A stretch of DNA of 64,000 nucleotides from Dicyema japonicum (lineage: Eukaryota; Animalia; Dicyemida), in NCBI GenBank assembly GCA_011109175.1, contig RDEW01000029.1, forward strand, positions 158,158 through 222,157, written 5' to 3'. Positions 25,241 through 38,407 of this stretch are shown piece by piece; the stretch's first letter is position 1; every line of letters begins with the position of its first letter. The translations under genes were made by a program, and so were the position numbers. The notes below the pieces were generated by a model. It was not told the origin of the DNA, made no database searches, and was given only the letters and a program-made list of their open reading frames with translations.

Positions 25241-25538
25241 GTAGAATTTACCAGCAAATCTTGAGGGATTGTGCTCAAAGTGAAAATAGAAGGGGAAGAT
25301 AGTAGCCCTGAAAGCTCATGACCAACATGGGGGGGGAACTACCCAATATAATTAAGTGATGAGACAACGCAGAGGGTCCGTAAACTCTTGTTGTTTCCTA
25401 CCAGCTTTGGTGGAACTCGGAACTAAATTGGGTGAGGGTACAACGGAGAAGGTCTCAGGGTACGATTGATTCGGCGATTCCTTCCACCTACCTACCTCCT
25501 CACGGAGATTAAACAGGATTAAAGATTTATTTAAAATA

Positions 25539-26033
25539 CTAACTAACATTAAAGGATCCCAAAGAAGTCATCAGGGTTTCTTCTTCTGCCGAAAGATTTT
25601 TTGTCCTCAGGACTAAAATACCAACAAGCGAGAACTTTTTAAATTTCGAATCGAAGGGGTTTAGTGGCTCCATAATTGTGCCTGGAAGGAGCACATTTGA
25701 GGGATCCTTGACTGATGAGCGGGGGTCATTGTAATCGGGGACAATATCCGCAATTCCTGATGGTACTTGTAGAGGTATTGAGCCAGGGGGATCCCCGATT
25801 ATTTTGAGGGATGGTGGGAGGCCGTAGTTTGGCGGGTTTCGATCAGAAAAGAAAGGAAGCTGGTAGTAATCAGGGATGATGTCCGGGTGTGCAGTAGTGT
25901 TGGGTATAATTGGGGGACTCTGGGCTATAAATGGTTTATTTATTTTTCCGGGTATATTTTCTTGTTTCTTTCCTGTTTCGCTGGTATTTAATGGATCGTC
26001 GACCACTCCCTTGTTTGAAGGCCAATCACACAT
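25539..26033 (-). CDS. proline-rich open frame, probably an exon of an unresolved gene
   Basis: 164 open codons, P/D/I-rich. No family recognised and the exon structure was not resolved. Confidence 0.3.
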   Translation of the reverse strand: MCDWPSNKGVVDDPLNTSETGKKQENIPGKINKPFIAQSPPIIPNTTAHPDIIPDYYQLPFFSDRNPPNYGLPPSLKIIGDPPGSIPLQVPSGIADIVPDYNDPRSSVKDPSNVLLPGTIMEPLNPFDSKFKKFSLVGILVLRTKNLSAEEETLMTSLGSFNVS

Positions 26034-27929
26034 AATAATAATAAAAATAAATAATAATAATTTTAATATAATAATTAAATTTATAACTCAAAGCGCGGTT
26101 CACTCCTTCATAACTGCGGTTATCCTGGTCCGCCTTCGAGTTCTGCTTCATGACAGCTACATATGACGGATCTATGGGTACTTCTATTTTTTTGTCTGCC
26201 AATAGGGATAAATAAGCTACGATTTACCTCCCTTCCACGTTCTAGGGTAATCTGAAGGAATAGGTTCCAATCTCACCACCTTTTTTCGCGTTTATTTCTT
26301 AGTTTCACTTCAGTTATGTAGTGATCATGTATTTTACTCGAATTGAAAAGGGGGCTCCAGTGAAGAGTAGGGACTCTTCTTTGGCTCTCAGACCAGAGAT
26401 CAATACTATCCGTCCCTGTGAGTCAGAATTTGGGGGTTAGAAAACTCCCAAGGATGAACTTTATCAATAGAACTGTTTAAAAATGGCACACATTCAACTT
26501 TTTTATTAAGAACACGTGCTAAGTTGTTGAACACAGATACGGTGTTAAATATCATTCACAGGTGTGCTGAACGCTATAAACTATTTCTAACCCTGATAGT
26601 ATTCTACAATTCAATGTACTTCTGTCCGCCTCAACGGCGACGACTACTCTTTCAATTCTTCCAATTTTGTAGACTGAGAAAAATTCGAACCCGAAGCATA
26701 CGTTCACTGCTCGATTTATTGGTTGGGGGATAATTGCCCCCAACAAATCCCTCATATGAGCTACAAATGTTATACGGAAGATCAAACCTGCATACGCTTT
26801 AGGCGGGACCACAACTTGCAGTGGTTTCTTTTATTTGATATTAACTGAATTATGTTCTGTGTCTAATCCCCACTACAACCATTTATTTTTGAACTGAAAT
26901 AAAAATTTCAAAAGACCACGGTAACACCAAACTACTCACGTGATTCCGACATACTCAGCAGAGACCCTTCTTGGTCCAATGCTCCCTTTTGAGCCCACAA
27001 AAGCACGTATCAGGCGTAGAACCAGATACTCATAATTTTATCCTTCAGTTCTTACGAATTAGAGATTCCAAAAGCGCTGGAGATGAGTCCTTTCCAGAAT
27101 TCATCGCTCCATAACTTTAAATGCCCTCTTCTAGTCAGCATTTGTTCCGGAATTGCATTGACCTCGCGAGGCCCATGCGTGAGAAATGCATCAGGCAACT
27201 GATAACTGACTCTTTCCATTCCCGCTTCTTCACTAATAAAGGCATATCCAATGTCAAGATACTCCTTAATGCAATGAAGGGAGGGATAACTGTAAAGGAT
27301 GGGTATTCCGCAAAATTTCCGAAAAGCTCATTGAGTGAAATTTCTATATATGGATTATTTTTTGAGGCTTTGAATGTCCAAATCAAGGAGGTACGCTCTA
27401 TACCACAGGATGCAAGGATCCTACTCTAAAGACCCCGTTCAAATTAGTCAAAGTTGATGTGCTTAATAGATTGGATGCTGCGATAGCATTATACTGCCTT
27501 GCATCCCCCTGCTGATCTTAACGATATAACGGACATAGTTTATGCAGGGCAGTAGGCATACGATGACCTAACATGGTAGATCTCAAGCCTGTGGAAAGAC
27601 AGTACGAGAAAGAAAAAATTCTGAGAAAGAAAAAATTAAACATAACCTTTCCTTTTTCAGTATTTTTGGAGACCAAAACCAAAAAAAGAAGATTATGGAT
27701 TTCTTGACACCTTATGGCAGGGGTGGCCAACCGGTCGATCGCGGCTGGTTTTTTGGTCAATCTTAATCGACTGATTTTTAACGCTGATATACAAATTGCT
27801 TATTATTTTTTTGGATTTAAAATATTTTCAATATTAAAGTTAGTATTTTTCACGTGGCTCGTTATGAGTTGTATTTGCACGCATCTTCATGTTTTTTTTT
27901 CGTTTGATTTTTTCGAATCAAACGATGCG

Positions 27930-29735
27930 ATTGATATGCCGCATACGGATATTGTGGGAAGTTTTGGTTTGGGGAAAAGAAATGATGCTGGGGATCGACT
28001 AGTCCAATTCTGTCAAGAAAATAAATTTCAGATAACTAACACATGGTTCAAACAGCACAAACGACGAATATACTGCAAAAAAATGGAAGATGACTATAAG
28101 AGAGGGCACACTAGGAATGCGTATTTACAACTAAAAAGATTACGTACTTCCTTTATGAAAATGATGGGCAAAATCAAGGACAAGGATGGTGTAGAATTGC
28201 TAAGCCAACAGAACATTCAAAATCGTTGGAGAGAATATACGGAACGACTATATTCAGAAACTGTATGCCCACCCATATATGTTGATGAAGCAACGTTGGG
28301 TGAAGGGGATAAAATCCTTGAGGAGGAATGCGTGTGGGCTACACGGCATTTAACGGGGAACAAGGCACTGGGGATTGACAACAGCGAATTGTTGAAGGCT
28401 ATACCGGTGACAGCTATCACCAGTCTATGTCAAAAAATTTGGGAAACTGGTATTTGGCCACGTGAGTGGAAAAGATCTATATTTATTCCAATACCGAAAA
28501 AAGGGGATAGCAAGGACTGTTCAAACTATCGAACAATAGCCTTAATTCCCCACATCAGCAAAATACTCTTAAAGACAATACAACATCGTCTAATGCCGAA
28601 ATGATTCTACCAGATGTCCAAGCAGGATTCAGGAAGGGACGAGGCACACGTGACCATATAGCAAATGTCCGGTGGATTATTGAGAAATCCCATGAATCCC
28701 AAAAGAATGTATACATGTGCTTCATTGACTATCGGAAAGCTTTTGATTCCGTTATACATGACAAGCTGTGATATTGCTTATCAAATCTCTTTATAGGACC
28801 AAGAAGCTATTATTAGAACAGTTTATGGAGATGCCGATCGATTCAAAATTGGTAAAGGAGTAAGACAAGGATGCTTATTATCTCCCATCCTATTCAATAT
28901 TTATGCCGAAATGATCATGACTAAATTGGATACTGTATCAAATAATGGGATTAAAGTTGGAGGCAGGAACATCAATATTTTGCGCTATGCTGACGATACT
29001 GGCTGAAACAGAGGATGGCCTCATGGAGTTGATTCTAAGATTCAGAGACCGAGAGCGCCGTCTTTGGTTTATTGCTAAATGTCAAGAAGACCAAAATTAT
29101 GACTCTGCTAATAATGGAATAATGGAACTAAAAATTGGGAATGAGAAAATAGAGAGTTGCGAGAATGTTGTCTTTATAGGATGTCTAATTAATCGGAATG
29201 GTGACGGAGGCTTGGAAATCAAGAGGCGAATTGCCATGGGACGCCTTCCAGAGAATGAATAGAATTTGGAAAAACAAAGATATTTCCTTAAGGACCAAAT
29301 GCAGACTGGTTAATGCAATCGTGTTCCCGGTTTTTCTATACGGCTCAGAATCATGGATACTGAAAAAGGTGGATAGACGAAAAATTGATACTTTTGAACT
29401 TTGGTGCTGGAGGAGTTTACTAAGAATTCCTTGGACTTCCAAAATAACAAACATCGATGTACTCAAACGGGTAGAGACGGACATTTCGCTAGAAGGAGAA
29501 ATCGTAAAACACAGATTGGCGTTTTTTGGAGATGTTGTCCGCTCTGATTCCCTGGAAAGAACCACTATGGTGAGCAATATTACTGGGAAGAGAAGACCTG
29601 GTCAACCGAAAACTCGGTGGCTATTCACGGTAGAAGACGGGAATGCCTATATCAAGGCTTCTCCAAAATGCGACGGATCAAAGAGAGTGGAGAAAATTGG
29701 CTCATGAGATCTCCAAGGGTCGGACACGACTTAAT
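27930..29735 (+). mobile_element. RTE-clade (BovB-like) non-LTR retrotransposon, internally deleted and frameshifted
   Basis: GKRNDAGDRLVQFCQEN; WKRSIFIPIPKKGDSKDCSNYRTIALI; QAGFRKGRGTRDHIAN; FIDYRKAFD; GVRQGCLLSPILFNIY; LRYADD; IVFPVFLYGSESW. Confidence 0.92.
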
Positions 29736-29739
29736 TTGG

Positions 29740-30560
29740 ATAACATAACAATCAACAAAAATTGTATTCCTTCCATATGGAAGCTATCAAACATACGACC
29801 AATTCTGAAACCCGGGCGAGCAAAGGGAACACCAGCCTCATCCAGATCAATATCTCTCCTATGTGTTACATCAAAAGTTTTGGAAGAGCTGATTCTAAAC
29901 TAATCAAACCATACCTTTCGGATGCACATCTTCAACACGGATTCAGAAAAGGGCACTCTACAGAAACGCATCTTACATGCCTTACAAATTTCATCAAGGA
30001 TGGCCTAAAAAGCAAACCTCATCAGAAGTCATTGATATGCTCCATCGATGTAGAAAAAGCTTTCGGCACAGTCCCAAGAAAGCTTTTGATAAGGAAGATC
30101 TTTACGTCAAAAATCCCAACAACCTGAAAATCTGAATTGCTAATTTCCTAAATGGAAGAAGAGTAAATGCTGGAAAAACTAGGTCAGTGACCAGAACAAC
30201 AAACTTCAACATACCAAATCATTTCAATAACAAGCAGAAAACCTATTGTCCCATTACAGCAAAAATATGGATACATCAAATCGTTTCCTCAAACTGAATC
30301 CCCCATTCGTCACTAAGTATTTCTCCACTCGTCACCAAGCCTTAATAATCAATACGAAGAGCTTTCCTCAAATGCCCGGACGGAATCTGCACATAACCTT
30401 TAAAAGGGCCAAATGAACTGCGACCGGATATTTACCAAGCGCCCTTGAATTCGGGATTTGTGCCTATGCTCTGGAAACAATCCACAATAATCCCGATTCT
30501 CCAACCCAAAAAAGATGGAGGTAGACATACGTCCCAAGACCGTTTACAGACTGTGGAGAT
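29740..30560 (+). mobile_element. LINE RT fragments (two pieces)
   Basis: IPSIWKLSNIRPILKPG...QHGFRKGHSTE...IDVEKAFGTV, then a second GPDGI...WKQSTIIPI start. Confidence 0.75.
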
Positions 30561-31282
30561 AGAGAAAAAAAAATGACATCCTTGCACGTGAGATGGGGCA
30601 GATACTTGGTTGAAAGGTCCCCGTTATTCCAATAGTAATGAAGTGGGAAGGAATTGCGACAAAGTATCACAAGGGGTATATAAGACAGCTAGGGTATCTA
30701 GACAGTAGATGAGAAGCTCCAGGCATACCTACAGACCACTGTTATAAAACGAACCCTAGAATGTCTTACATTGGTGTACATGAAACAGAGCCCGGAAATG
30801 CCACATGTGCATAATCTCAATTACACAGAAGCTCTCGGAGCTGATTCAGAAACCGGAATCAAACCTTCCTTGGGAGAAAGGCGAACAGGCAGGCGAGGAA
30901 GTTTATTAATGATCTAAACAGTTAGTTATAGGGCTTCCTGACGTTAACGTCACTTCCCTGACAAATAGCGTCACTTTCTAATCATTAGGATAAGGGTAAA
31001 TATATTTTTTGGATAAAATAACATCTTAAAACTCATAATAAGGTCGGATTTCCAGTATTTTAAAGACCAAGACGAGGAAGAGCTCTTAGACACCACTGTT
31101 TTTTGGAGCCCACTGGTCTCTCCTGAAAGATTGTAAACGCTCGGACTCAAATCAAAACCGCCTGTCTGGTTGTTCGGAGATGCGAGGAAAATAGCATTTT
31201 TATAAATACTTTCCAAGTAGACATCATAAGAGGGAATAGCCACGCAGTCAGGACATCCGCTATTTGACCTTTGCTCATTTTT

Positions 31283-31425
31283 CGGATTGTCTATAAAGGA
31301 CATACACACAACAAAAAGAAAAAGGAGTGCATTCCTTGGTTCTAACTACGATTAGTTATAATAACTGTTCTTTACTTAAATAAAGTGTGTGTTTTGCCTG
31401 AACAGAGCTATGGCTAATATGGCTT
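31283..31425 (+). mobile_element. SINE family A, 3' fragment
   Basis: TTCCTTGGTTCTA...GATTAG...TAACTGTTCTTTACTTAAATAAAGTGTG..TGCCT matches the family 3' half. Confidence 0.65.
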
Positions 31426-31899
31426 TGCGACTAAGTGCAGTTTTTTTATTTATTGTATGCCGACCAGCCCTTTTTGCCTTTTCACAAGAATTTCCGTGAA
31501 TACTAAAATAATTGAGCGGACTTAAAGAATGTCGATCTCTAAAATTTTTTATAGTGACTGAATGATACAAAAGATTCATTCTTAAGATACCAAACAACAA
31601 ACGTGTTAGGGCCGATGATCTTAATTTCTAACAGTTTCCGAATTCTTCTCTAATGATCCATTGGAGAGTTCACTGTTTGTCTGAAAATGTATCCACAAAT
31701 GTCTCCAAAGGGACTCGATCGGAGTCTCCTTCTTCAGTGCTGATTTGGATTCCTCCGAGTGAATTATCTTGTTTCCAAATGGATTTTCTGTTTTTTTCAG
31801 TAATGCTAACGAACATGGGGATTTCTTTTTGTTGATTTTTCTGAAAGGAGGCCGGCGAGGAATGGACTCTTCGACAAAGAATGATCATACCCTATTCTG

Positions 31900-33099
31900 C
31901 TTAAATCAAAGACGAAATTACCAATGGAAAAAAAACCTGCATATACAATCTTACAAATTGACAATATTCCGATCAGTTACAGACAACATTTGGCTAATAT
32001 ACAGCTGGAAAACTTCACCTCCCTTGATATAGTGGTTGTCTACGTCAACAAAGTCATACCAACGATCTCGAGAGTTATGGAAAGAATTGTATTCAACAGA
32101 CTTTCTGAAAATATAAAACGTAATTATTTAGTAAAGGAGCATCAGTGGGGTTTTCGAAAATATCGGTCTTGTGGAGATTGTTTGTACAGTGCTAACGCGT
32201 CAATTATGAAGGCTTTGTAAACTAAAGGGTGTTTGACTGCAGTCTGCCTTTATATATCCAAAGCTTTCGACAGTGTGTGGCATCTTGGTCTTCTCATCTG
32301 TCTTGCGAAATGTGGTGTTGAAAAAGAATTTTAATTTTGGATACAAAGTTTGCTCTCAGATAGACGGACAATTGTTAATCTTTTAAACTATGAATTTCGT
32401 GAAATTTGGTTGAAAAGAGGTGTACCTCAGGGTTCAGTGCTCAGTCCTTTATTATTTAACATTGTAATGAGTGAACTGCCTTCCCCAGAAAACCCAAGTA
32501 CAGAAATCTTGATAAACGCTGATGACGTCATAATTTATGATGTTTCTTTGAACCCTTTGGTATCTGAAAAACGATTAAAGACGTAAATGGACCAGATCGA
32601 AGAGTGGTGTAATGAAAACTTCCTTTCGGTGGCACATAAAAAGTCTGGTATGCTGAGGATAACTGGAAGGAGGATGGCTAACCTAAAGAGTTCTTTACAA
32701 GAGATACCTCGGAAGAAGATTACGAAATACCTTGGCCTCCTAATTGACGAGGGAGGTAATTCTATGGAACATGGTAAAATAAGAAAGAAAAAAGCTACGA
32801 ACGCTCTTTATTTCGTTAGAAAATTAAAGCTCGAGCCGGAGACCTTTGTTTATGTCTTCAACACTGCGATACTACCTGCAATGATATACGGTTTAGAAGG
32901 ATGGTACGATTCGAAAAAGAGAGACTCTATCCTCAAGAAATTAGAGAAAACGAGAAATTTTGCTTACGGGATAAGTCCTCGTATGCCAATTCTCCTATGG
33001 TTGGAAGGAAAAATGTACAAAGTTTGTGGAACTATCGAAAATCTTATTCAAGGTTTCAAAAATCTCACTAAAGTATCTGGCACATATTTTCAGAGATGA
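31900..33099 (+). mobile_element. LINE RT, decayed
   Basis: HQWGFRKYRS, ISKAFDSVWH, GVPQGSVLSPLLFNI, NADD and TKYLGLLID motifs, with stops. Confidence 0.85.
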
Positions 33100-33634
33100 C
33101 CCTGTATTTACGGATTTTTTGGGAAGACTGTCGGGGTAGAAGTCGGTTGGCATGCCCTACCGTTTCATATTACTTCCCCCATCACTTAATTAACAGTTCT
33201 TTTTCTTTATAATAACTGCCTCGCTTGTTTTACTGTCCGAGGGCAGTAATATAATTGTTTGTTAAGTTCCTAATGGGTCGTATTAACCGTCTCAACCGGT
33301 AACCGTTACTTTCGGTCATCGGTTAAACGGCTTTAACGGTTAAATCGATTTTGCGGATCGTTCTCACCCTAGAGTCGTTGTCAACCGGTCACAAACATTA
33401 TAATAATTTTTTTTATTATTTTAGTTATTTTTTAATAAAAATAATGATTAATTATTTAACTACAATTGTTTCTAAAAAATAGATTCTAATTTCATTATTT
33501 GACCCATATATGTTAATTCTTTGTGCTTTCCTCATTTCTGGTAATTTTGTTTTAGCTTCTTTTAGTTTCCGGTAGATGCCCTTTAACATTCCAAAATATT
33601 GGGACAGAGTTTGAATTTGATTCTTTATGCTATG

Positions 33635-34099
33635 NNNNNNNNNNNNNNNNNNNNNNNNNNNNNNNNNNNNNNNNNNNNNNNNNNNNNNNNNNNNNNNNNN
33701 NNNNNNNNNNNNNNNNNNNNNNNNNNNNNNNNNNNNNNNNNNNNNNNNNNNNNNNNNNNNNNNNNNNNNNNNNNNNNNNNNNNNNNNNNNNNNNNNNNNN
33801 NNNNNNNNNNNNNNNNNNNNNNNNNNNNNNNNNNNNNNNNNNNNNNNNNNNNNNNNNNNNNNNNNNNNNNNNNNNNNNNNNNNNNNNNNNNNNNNNNNNN
33901 NNNNNNNNNNNNNNNNNNNNNNNNNNNNNNNNNNNNNNNNNNNNNNNNNNNNNNNNNNNNNNNNNNNNNNNNNNNNNNNNNNNNNNNNNNNNNNNNNNNN
34001 NNNNNNNNNNNNNNNNNNNNNNNNNNNNNNNNNNNNNNNNNNNNNNNNNNNNNNNNNNNNNNNNNNNNNNNNNNNNNNNNNNNNNNNNNNNNNNNNNNN
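33635..34099. other. assembly gap (465 N)
   Basis: Run of n. Confidence 1.
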
Positions 34100-35059
34100 A
34101 TAGTGCCCCAAAAACCGAGGGTGGACCACCCCTGGGGTCCGCCCCAAACAGGGGTCGTACTGTAGTTTAAATTAATTGTACTGTCTTCATCTCCTTAAGG
34201 TGGAGAGCCTGTTGATGGAGTATATAATGAGGCTCGCACTATTGAAAAAGATTTGGTTACAGCAACCAATTACCTGGTGGAATTAGCAAATCTGTTCGAT
34301 GACGTGCCAGGCAACCCGGGTGAGGAGGAAACGGATGGGTTTCAGGCCAAAGACTTCTCTTCTAAGAGATGAAAGGTCTAGAAGCTAGTAGTAATTCTGA
34401 TTCAATTGTGTTTTCCGTAAAAATAAAACTCGGTCTTGCTTTAAGATTGTCATAGTAACAAACTTTCGATTATACTATTAAAGTTCCCACGTGCTCTAAA
34501 AGACTATCATCCGGTCGTTCACACAATGATACATTATTGAATTCGATTAGTGGTGAGATTCTGGTGGTAGGAGGATGATTCGGTAGTCATTATGTTACTC
34601 ATCTAGTCCACACTTGAGTCTCGTCTCTTGAAAGCATCCAATAGTGGCACTGTAAGTATAAGATTATTCATTTGAAGATATCCTTCAAGCCTCTGACATT
34701 AAATGACAGAACGGTAACTCCTCGATAACCTCATCTGTGATCAAGACTTGGTGCAATTGAGTCACGTCACTAACTCACCAAAAACAGTTATAATTTCCCT
34801 CTTCACATTTTACAATTCAAATTAATGTTGTCCTTAAAAATTAGTATTATCAATTAAATGATCAATATTACAGTACTTTATACTAACCAACTCGACATTG
34901 TAAATCAACCGAATCTTAAAGTTTTCCATCAGTTTTGTGCAACAAAATAGGGTGTGACGCAATAATCCTATTTTAAGCTGTCCTTTAATAGTACATGTCA
35001 TTGGATTTTAAGCGATCCATTATTCCTTTATTTATGGACAATTGGCATATTTATAGGAA

Positions 35060-35790
35060 ATGAGCGATATTGAGAGTCGGAGAATGTTCGTGGCGGAATT
35101 GGGAGGGAAGATCAAGGAGATTGAGGAAATCCAAAGGAAGATCGAATCTCTGGAGGCTGAGAGCTTCAACATTAAGCAAAACTTGTCGACAGGGAAGAAA
35201 ATAGACCCGGATGTCATCAAATTCGGTATTTTGTCGTCTCATTCAGCAAAAATTCAAAATCTGAAAAAGTTGAAGATGGCTGAGTGCAAGAACAAGGCTG
35301 CCAAGTTGCAATACGAATTGATGAAGGTCCACGTGCATATTATTTCTAGAGGAATGCTGAGGATCAAAAAATGCAGATTTTGATACGGAACTACGAAAAT
35401 CAGCAGAAGGTGTTGGAGAAAATATTAAACAAACTCAACGATGTCCCCAAAATAAAGGAGACTGTGAAGGAGCAGAGCAAGTTGGCTTCAAGAATGGGGG
35501 ACTACATTCAAAAAGAATTTAAGGCCAAATCAAACCAAGGTGACTCAACGAGGACTAATATAAAGACGTGGGGATAGCGAAGAGAGGAGGGCAATCAAGC
35601 GATTATTGAAGGAGAACAGAAAACTAAAGACAGAGGCTGGATATGAAGGTTTGATTTAAATTCCCACGTGTCAGATGAAAGAAGATGAAGTACCAGTGGA
35701 GGAGAATAAGGACCATATAATAGAGAGACTGAAGAATGCAGAGAATAGAGTGGCGTATTTGGAAAATAAGGTTACCCCCGTAATATAAGA
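35060..35790 (+). CDS. coiled-coil protein of unknown family, with micro-introns
   Basis: K/E-rich heptad ORFs 35060 and 35371 join through a 23-nt intron (GTCCACG...TTCTAG). The 3' exons were not cleanly resolved. Confidence 0.55.
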
Positions 35791-36099
35791 GAAAGATGAG
35801 GTACTACAACAACATTGATGAGAATTTTAATTTATTTGATTTTACTAATTTAAATGATGTATTGGTTTATTTATATTTTAGAAATATTGCCCCTACTGCT
35901 GATTATTAACATTATTTTAAAATTTATTTAATTTCCTAAATAAATAAAATAAATTTCTTGGCTTCTAAAGGCAATGACGTGAGAAATGAATTGGTCTGGT
36001 TATATATATGGATGTGGGGTCAGGTCGTTCACTTCATGTGGTGGCGTTTTGTGGAAAGACACCAAAAAGAAACATTTTCTCTTCCCCATCAAGTCGACT

Positions 36100-38080
36100 A
36101 GTATGTCTGGACCTCAACTCGAAATGTGAGGGTTGCTTGCTCTTTTGGATAGTCTTGCTTTCTGGAGACATTGAAGAAAGCCCAGGACCAAAACCCCTGT
36201 TATTATGCTAATGGTATAAAAACAGAGATCCTGGGCTACGGAGTCTTTTGCCGAAACACATGGACATTTGCCGTATTGAGGATTCAGTAGCCCCATTATT
36301 TTCTGGATATACCATCATTAAAAACCGACTTGGAGGTGGACTACTTACCATCATTAAGTGGATCATCTAAAACAGTGTTTCTTAACCTTTTTTGACCGGG
36401 GACCACTTTAGTCTTTTGAAATTTTCTGAGTACCACATGTAGCAAACAATTTAATAAAAAATTAAAAAATCATAAAATTTAGAGTTAGTGTGATTTTTAA
36501 TCCTGCTTTTCAGAAACTAGTTGTTCAATTTTTGGTACAATGTTGGTAAGTGCCATTCTCATATCGTCTTCCACCTTAAGTCGGTTGCGAACTTACTGTT
36601 CAGAATAACAAGACATTGGCATTTCACGTAAATAAGTGGTTGGAAAGGGAATTATCACTTCCAGTGCATTTTTACATACGATTGGATATTCATTAATAAC
36701 AGAAATCCATAATCGTAAGCGAATTAAATGTCAACTTGCAAAACTGCGAATTTCGCAATTCAATCAACTGTTCTTGGAAATCAATTTCTTGGCCGTCGAT
36801 AGATGTTATATCGGTAGATTCATCCTAATTCTGCATGGGCTGCCGTTTTTCATAACAAGTTGTTCCAAAACATTACAATACATGTCTCATTCGATTTGTA
36901 GTCGTGTCATTAGATAAAAGTACATTTTTAAATTTTTGTACGGCATCTTTATCGAGCATATTCTTGCCATTGTCAATGCGGCAGGTTTTATTAGATTTTC
37001 TCCAGAAGAGTGAGATACTTTGTTTTTGGCAATAATTAAGGATATCTAAAATAAATGCTTCAATTATTAATACCTCAAGTGAAGCTAGCAGACATGAGTT
37101 ATCTATTGGTCTAAATCCGAAATTACTAAGTTTTCCAGATTTATCATATTTAGTTCTCTTTGCTATAAAACTTTCGACAGTGTCAACATTTTGTGGGTGA
37201 GTTTTTTCCTTATGTCTTTTTAATTGTGACGGCTTCAAAGAGTTGTTTCATATTATGACGTCGCATATCATACACTGCGCTTTATTGACGTTGTCAGATC
37301 CAGTATATTGGGTAAATCCATATTGGACATAAGAATCAACCCACTTGCGATCAACCATTACAATCAAATAACAAAAAAACACGTGGAATAAAATTAAATA
37401 TTCTAATGCGAATAAATAATAAAAATTAAATAATTTTTTTAGTCATAAAAATTAATTGACCTAAAAATATTTCTGGGGACCACGTTAAGAAACGCTGATC
37501 TTAACCGTGTAATCCTCCGAGCAGAAATGCTGTTTGTCTCTCGACCAGTGCTATAGAACTACGTCCGACTACGAAACAAGTTCCCTTATAAAGATGAGCC
37601 AACCCCTTACCTTATCTGACCTGAAGAATAAAAATTGTCCTCAAACTCGAACGCTATTCCTAGCAAATGGAAGGACTCACATATCATACCGACTACTGAC
37701 TTTCTCGAAACATGTGGAGGAATAATCCACAGAGTCATCTCGCAAAATCAACACACTGAAAGCTGGGTCAGGCCATTCCTTCTGCTAAAGCAAAGAAGCC
37801 CTAACAAACAATTCATTGAATCACAATTAACTATGCAAGTCCTTGTTGGTCAACCTCCCTCACTTCTATCGACAAACTAAAGTCCAAAACACTATTCTCA
37901 GAACAATTACTGGATGTCTCTGAGCAATCCCTATTGAGCATCTTTACTGGGAATCAAAAATTTGGAGACCATCGGAAATGAGATTTCTGCAGTTCTTCTC
38001 CCAAGCCTAGCCGAGACAATCTCTGTCACTCTCTATGCACCCCCAGACAAAGATAAATTATTATGACAACCAGTGACCTA
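36100..38080 (+). mobile_element. decayed LINE with N-terminal 2A-like motif, APE remnant and RT remnant, split by a hAT insertion
   Basis: LLSGDIEESPGP (36155-36190), NANGIK and GYTIIKNRLGGGLLTIIK precede the insert; AIPSKWKDSHIIP follows it. Confidence 0.6.
36373..37497 (-). mobile_element. non-autonomous hAT (Buster-type) element
   Basis: TIRs CAGTGTTTCTTAAC / GTTAAGAAACGCTG; 8-bp TSD ATCTAAAA / ATCTTAAC (6/8 match); internal MKPSQLKRHKEKTH transposase N-terminus. Confidence 0.85.
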
Positions 38081-38407
38081 ACTTCTGACTAAATCCTCTG
38101 ATGAAGATTACATTATAATATATTCCGCCGAATAATAATATCGCTGTAGACGCGACAAAATAGAAGAGAGCGGACCTACTTCTCCACCTCTCTTCGAAGC
38201 AATAAGTAAGGAAGATGGATCTGGTAGGCACAATCAGATTTTTTGGGTCTTTTCCTTGGATTAATTAGTTATGAGTAGGGCGAACTAAGTTAAAAAAGTT
38301 AAAAATTTAATAATAGTAAATAAAATAATCATTAAAATGATTTTAATATATTTTATTAAAATGTATATTAAACAATATTACAGGTTAAAAAGTAAAATTT
38401 AAAATTA

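Noticed and set aside
26552-26812. dUTPase-like ORF (PPKAYAGLIF)
   Set aside because: The conserved dUTPase motifs (RSG, G.ID.DYRG, RIAQL) are missing, and the ORF probably reads through micro-introns of an unidentified gene.
33270-33372. AACCG/CGGTT-rich segment ending ...CACCCTA as a complete hAT/MITE
   Set aside because: It looks like one subterminal end, but no partner TIR or TSD was found. The same applies to CAGGGGTGGCCAAC at ~27718.
33452-34165. Long ORFs spanning 33.4-34.2 kb
   Set aside because: Artefacts of translating the N gap.
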